The position numbers and the translations under genes were made by a program. The notes under the pieces are model-generated. The model had not been told where the DNA came from, made no database searches, and saw only the letters and a list, made by a program, of their open reading frames with translations. From a virus (Duplodnaviria > Heunggongvirae > Uroviricota > Caudoviricetes), in the IMG/VR virus record IMGVR_UViG_3300039366_000282, positions 1-18,260 of that record: a stretch of 18,260 nucleotides of DNA. One strand, given 5' to 3'. The first letter of the stretch is position 1, and each line of letters starts with the position of its first letter. This document shows, piece by piece, positions 17,124 to 18,260 of this stretch.

Positions 17124-17286
17124 AAATCCATCATTAACAGGGACAAGCCCTGTCCAGCAAAGTGATTGTTGGCAACAATCACGAAGTGCTGCTACTAAAG
17201 ATATAGTTTTCCTATACGTTTAAGAGCAAATGCTATATGTCAGATGGGGAATGCTATGTTTAAAAATAGGATCCGAATTAAAAGTT
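17124..17286 (+). repeat. Copy 2 of the ~160-bp non-coding direct repeat module
   Basis: Near-identical to 16628-16790; palindrome GTGATTGTT-GGC-AACAATCAC at 17162-17182; hairpin CAGGG-ACAAG-CCCTG. Confidence 0.8.
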
Positions 17287-17520
17287 AAAAGGAAAATAGA
17301 TCTGACTATGAGCGAATACATTCGCTTATTAGCTCATAGTAGTAAAATAAAATACAAAATGTCAGTTTTAGGGCGTAGCCGTGCATAAGCACAGAGATAA
17401 AAATCTTTTCAAAAAGAAGTTTAATAATAAGAAGTAAAATCATTAATAAATGAAAATATATTTGATTTTTACACTTGCGATAGAGTATTAAACAGTAATA
17501 AATAAAAAAAGGAAAATATA

Positions 17521-17790
17521 ATGAATAATATCAAAATGATCACACTCTTCCATCCACATGACAAAACACCATTTATGATCTGTATTGTAAACACAGTAGA
17601 AGATACAGAACTTGGATTGAAATTAACTCTTGAAAACGGCAACAGCATTTGTGTCAATAACTATGACCATTATCTGTTATCAGAGTCTGTAAGTCGTTGT
17701 GATAAAGACAGGGTGAAAAATATTTATATCCGTTTGGTTTCAGAACTCACACAGATGAGTGAAGAAACTATAAAATCACAGATGTTATAA
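17521..17790 (+). CDS. Hypothetical small protein (89 aa)
   Basis: ORF with RBS AGGAAAATATA-ATG; possible promoter TTGATT-18-TATTAA at 17462-17491; no recognised family. Confidence 0.4.
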   Translation: MNNIKMITLFHPHDKTPFMICIVNTVEDTELGLKLTLENGNSICVNNYDHYLLSESVSRCDKDRVKNIYIRLVSELTQMSEETIKSQML

Positions 17791-17873
17791 AACATCTATA
17801 AAAGCATAATAAATATTTTTGATATTACGATTAGTTGCATGGTATTAAATAAAAACAATAACAGGAAAATATC

Positions 17874-18260
17874 ATGAGAAAAATAAAAACAAAAATCTAC
17901 TTGCCTACAGCTTTAACAGGAAACATGGATAAACACTATATCCCTGTTTTAGAGGATTTAAGAAAAACGATATACAGCGACAGAATGTTATCAAGGCTTG
18001 CAGATAGCGGCAATATTGTTATCCATAGTTCAGTTGGGTATCCGGTTGCTAAGTATAAAAACACGGGGATTAGCATAGGCATAGAACCATTAAATCCGAT
18101 GATAAGACAAGATCTGACTCTTGGATATATCGTGGTAGTCAGAAACGGAAAAGCATCACAGGAGATTAATGGTTTACTTAACAGGTCATTGCCAAAAGCG
18201 ATAAGCACTTTTAAGGACCATATTAATGAATATGAAGCAGCAAAAAGTAAAATGCGATAA
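17874..18260 (+). CDS. Hypothetical protein (128 aa)
   Basis: ORF with RBS CAGGAAAATATC-ATG (same context as the preceding gene); stop TAA at the window end. Confidence 0.4.
   Translation: MRKIKTKIYLPTALTGNMDKHYIPVLEDLRKTIYSDRMLSRLADSGNIVIHSSVGYPVAKYKNTGISIGIEPLNPMIRQDLTLGYIVVVRNGKASQEINGLLNRSLPKAISTFKDHINEYEAAKSKMR

Noticed and set aside
16288-17290. Possible CRISPR array
   Set aside because: Repeats are either perfect palindromes spaced about 22 bp apart without unique spacers of CRISPR length, or long ~160-bp modules; no cas genes in the window; not CRISPR-like.

Overview
This window spans the right (tail-fibre) end of a lambda-like prophage and its junction with an AT-rich, horizontally acquired island. 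No database search or computation was run: all calls come from reading the sequence and the ORF track, plus recall of protein families.

- **1-7400, prophage:** 5'-truncated tail-tip gene J, lom, a mosaic side-tail-fibre gene with a 189-bp in-frame tandem duplication, a translationally coupled small ORF, a second fibre-like gene with a C-terminal self-cleaving chaperone signature, and a small membrane-protein gene, separated by intrinsic terminators.
- **7748-7809, boundary:** the 3' 62 nt of a tRNA-Ser(CGA) (serU-type) without its 5' half, read as the att-core duplicate marking the prophage end.
- **7810-18260, island:** an AlpA-family regulator, several small unknown ORFs, an H-NS paralog, and three candidates for an undescribed system.

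The three candidates are:
1. A HEPN-like (R-x4-H) protein with four C-terminal CxxC pairs at 11140-12057.
2. A minus-strand three-gene operon (13845-16163) headed by a RepL-like winged-helix protein, with a near-consensus sigma70 promoter and four 16-bp perfect palindromes upstream.
3. A 1.3-kb non-coding region (16230-17520) with a tandemly duplicated module and a recurring 21-bp palindrome.
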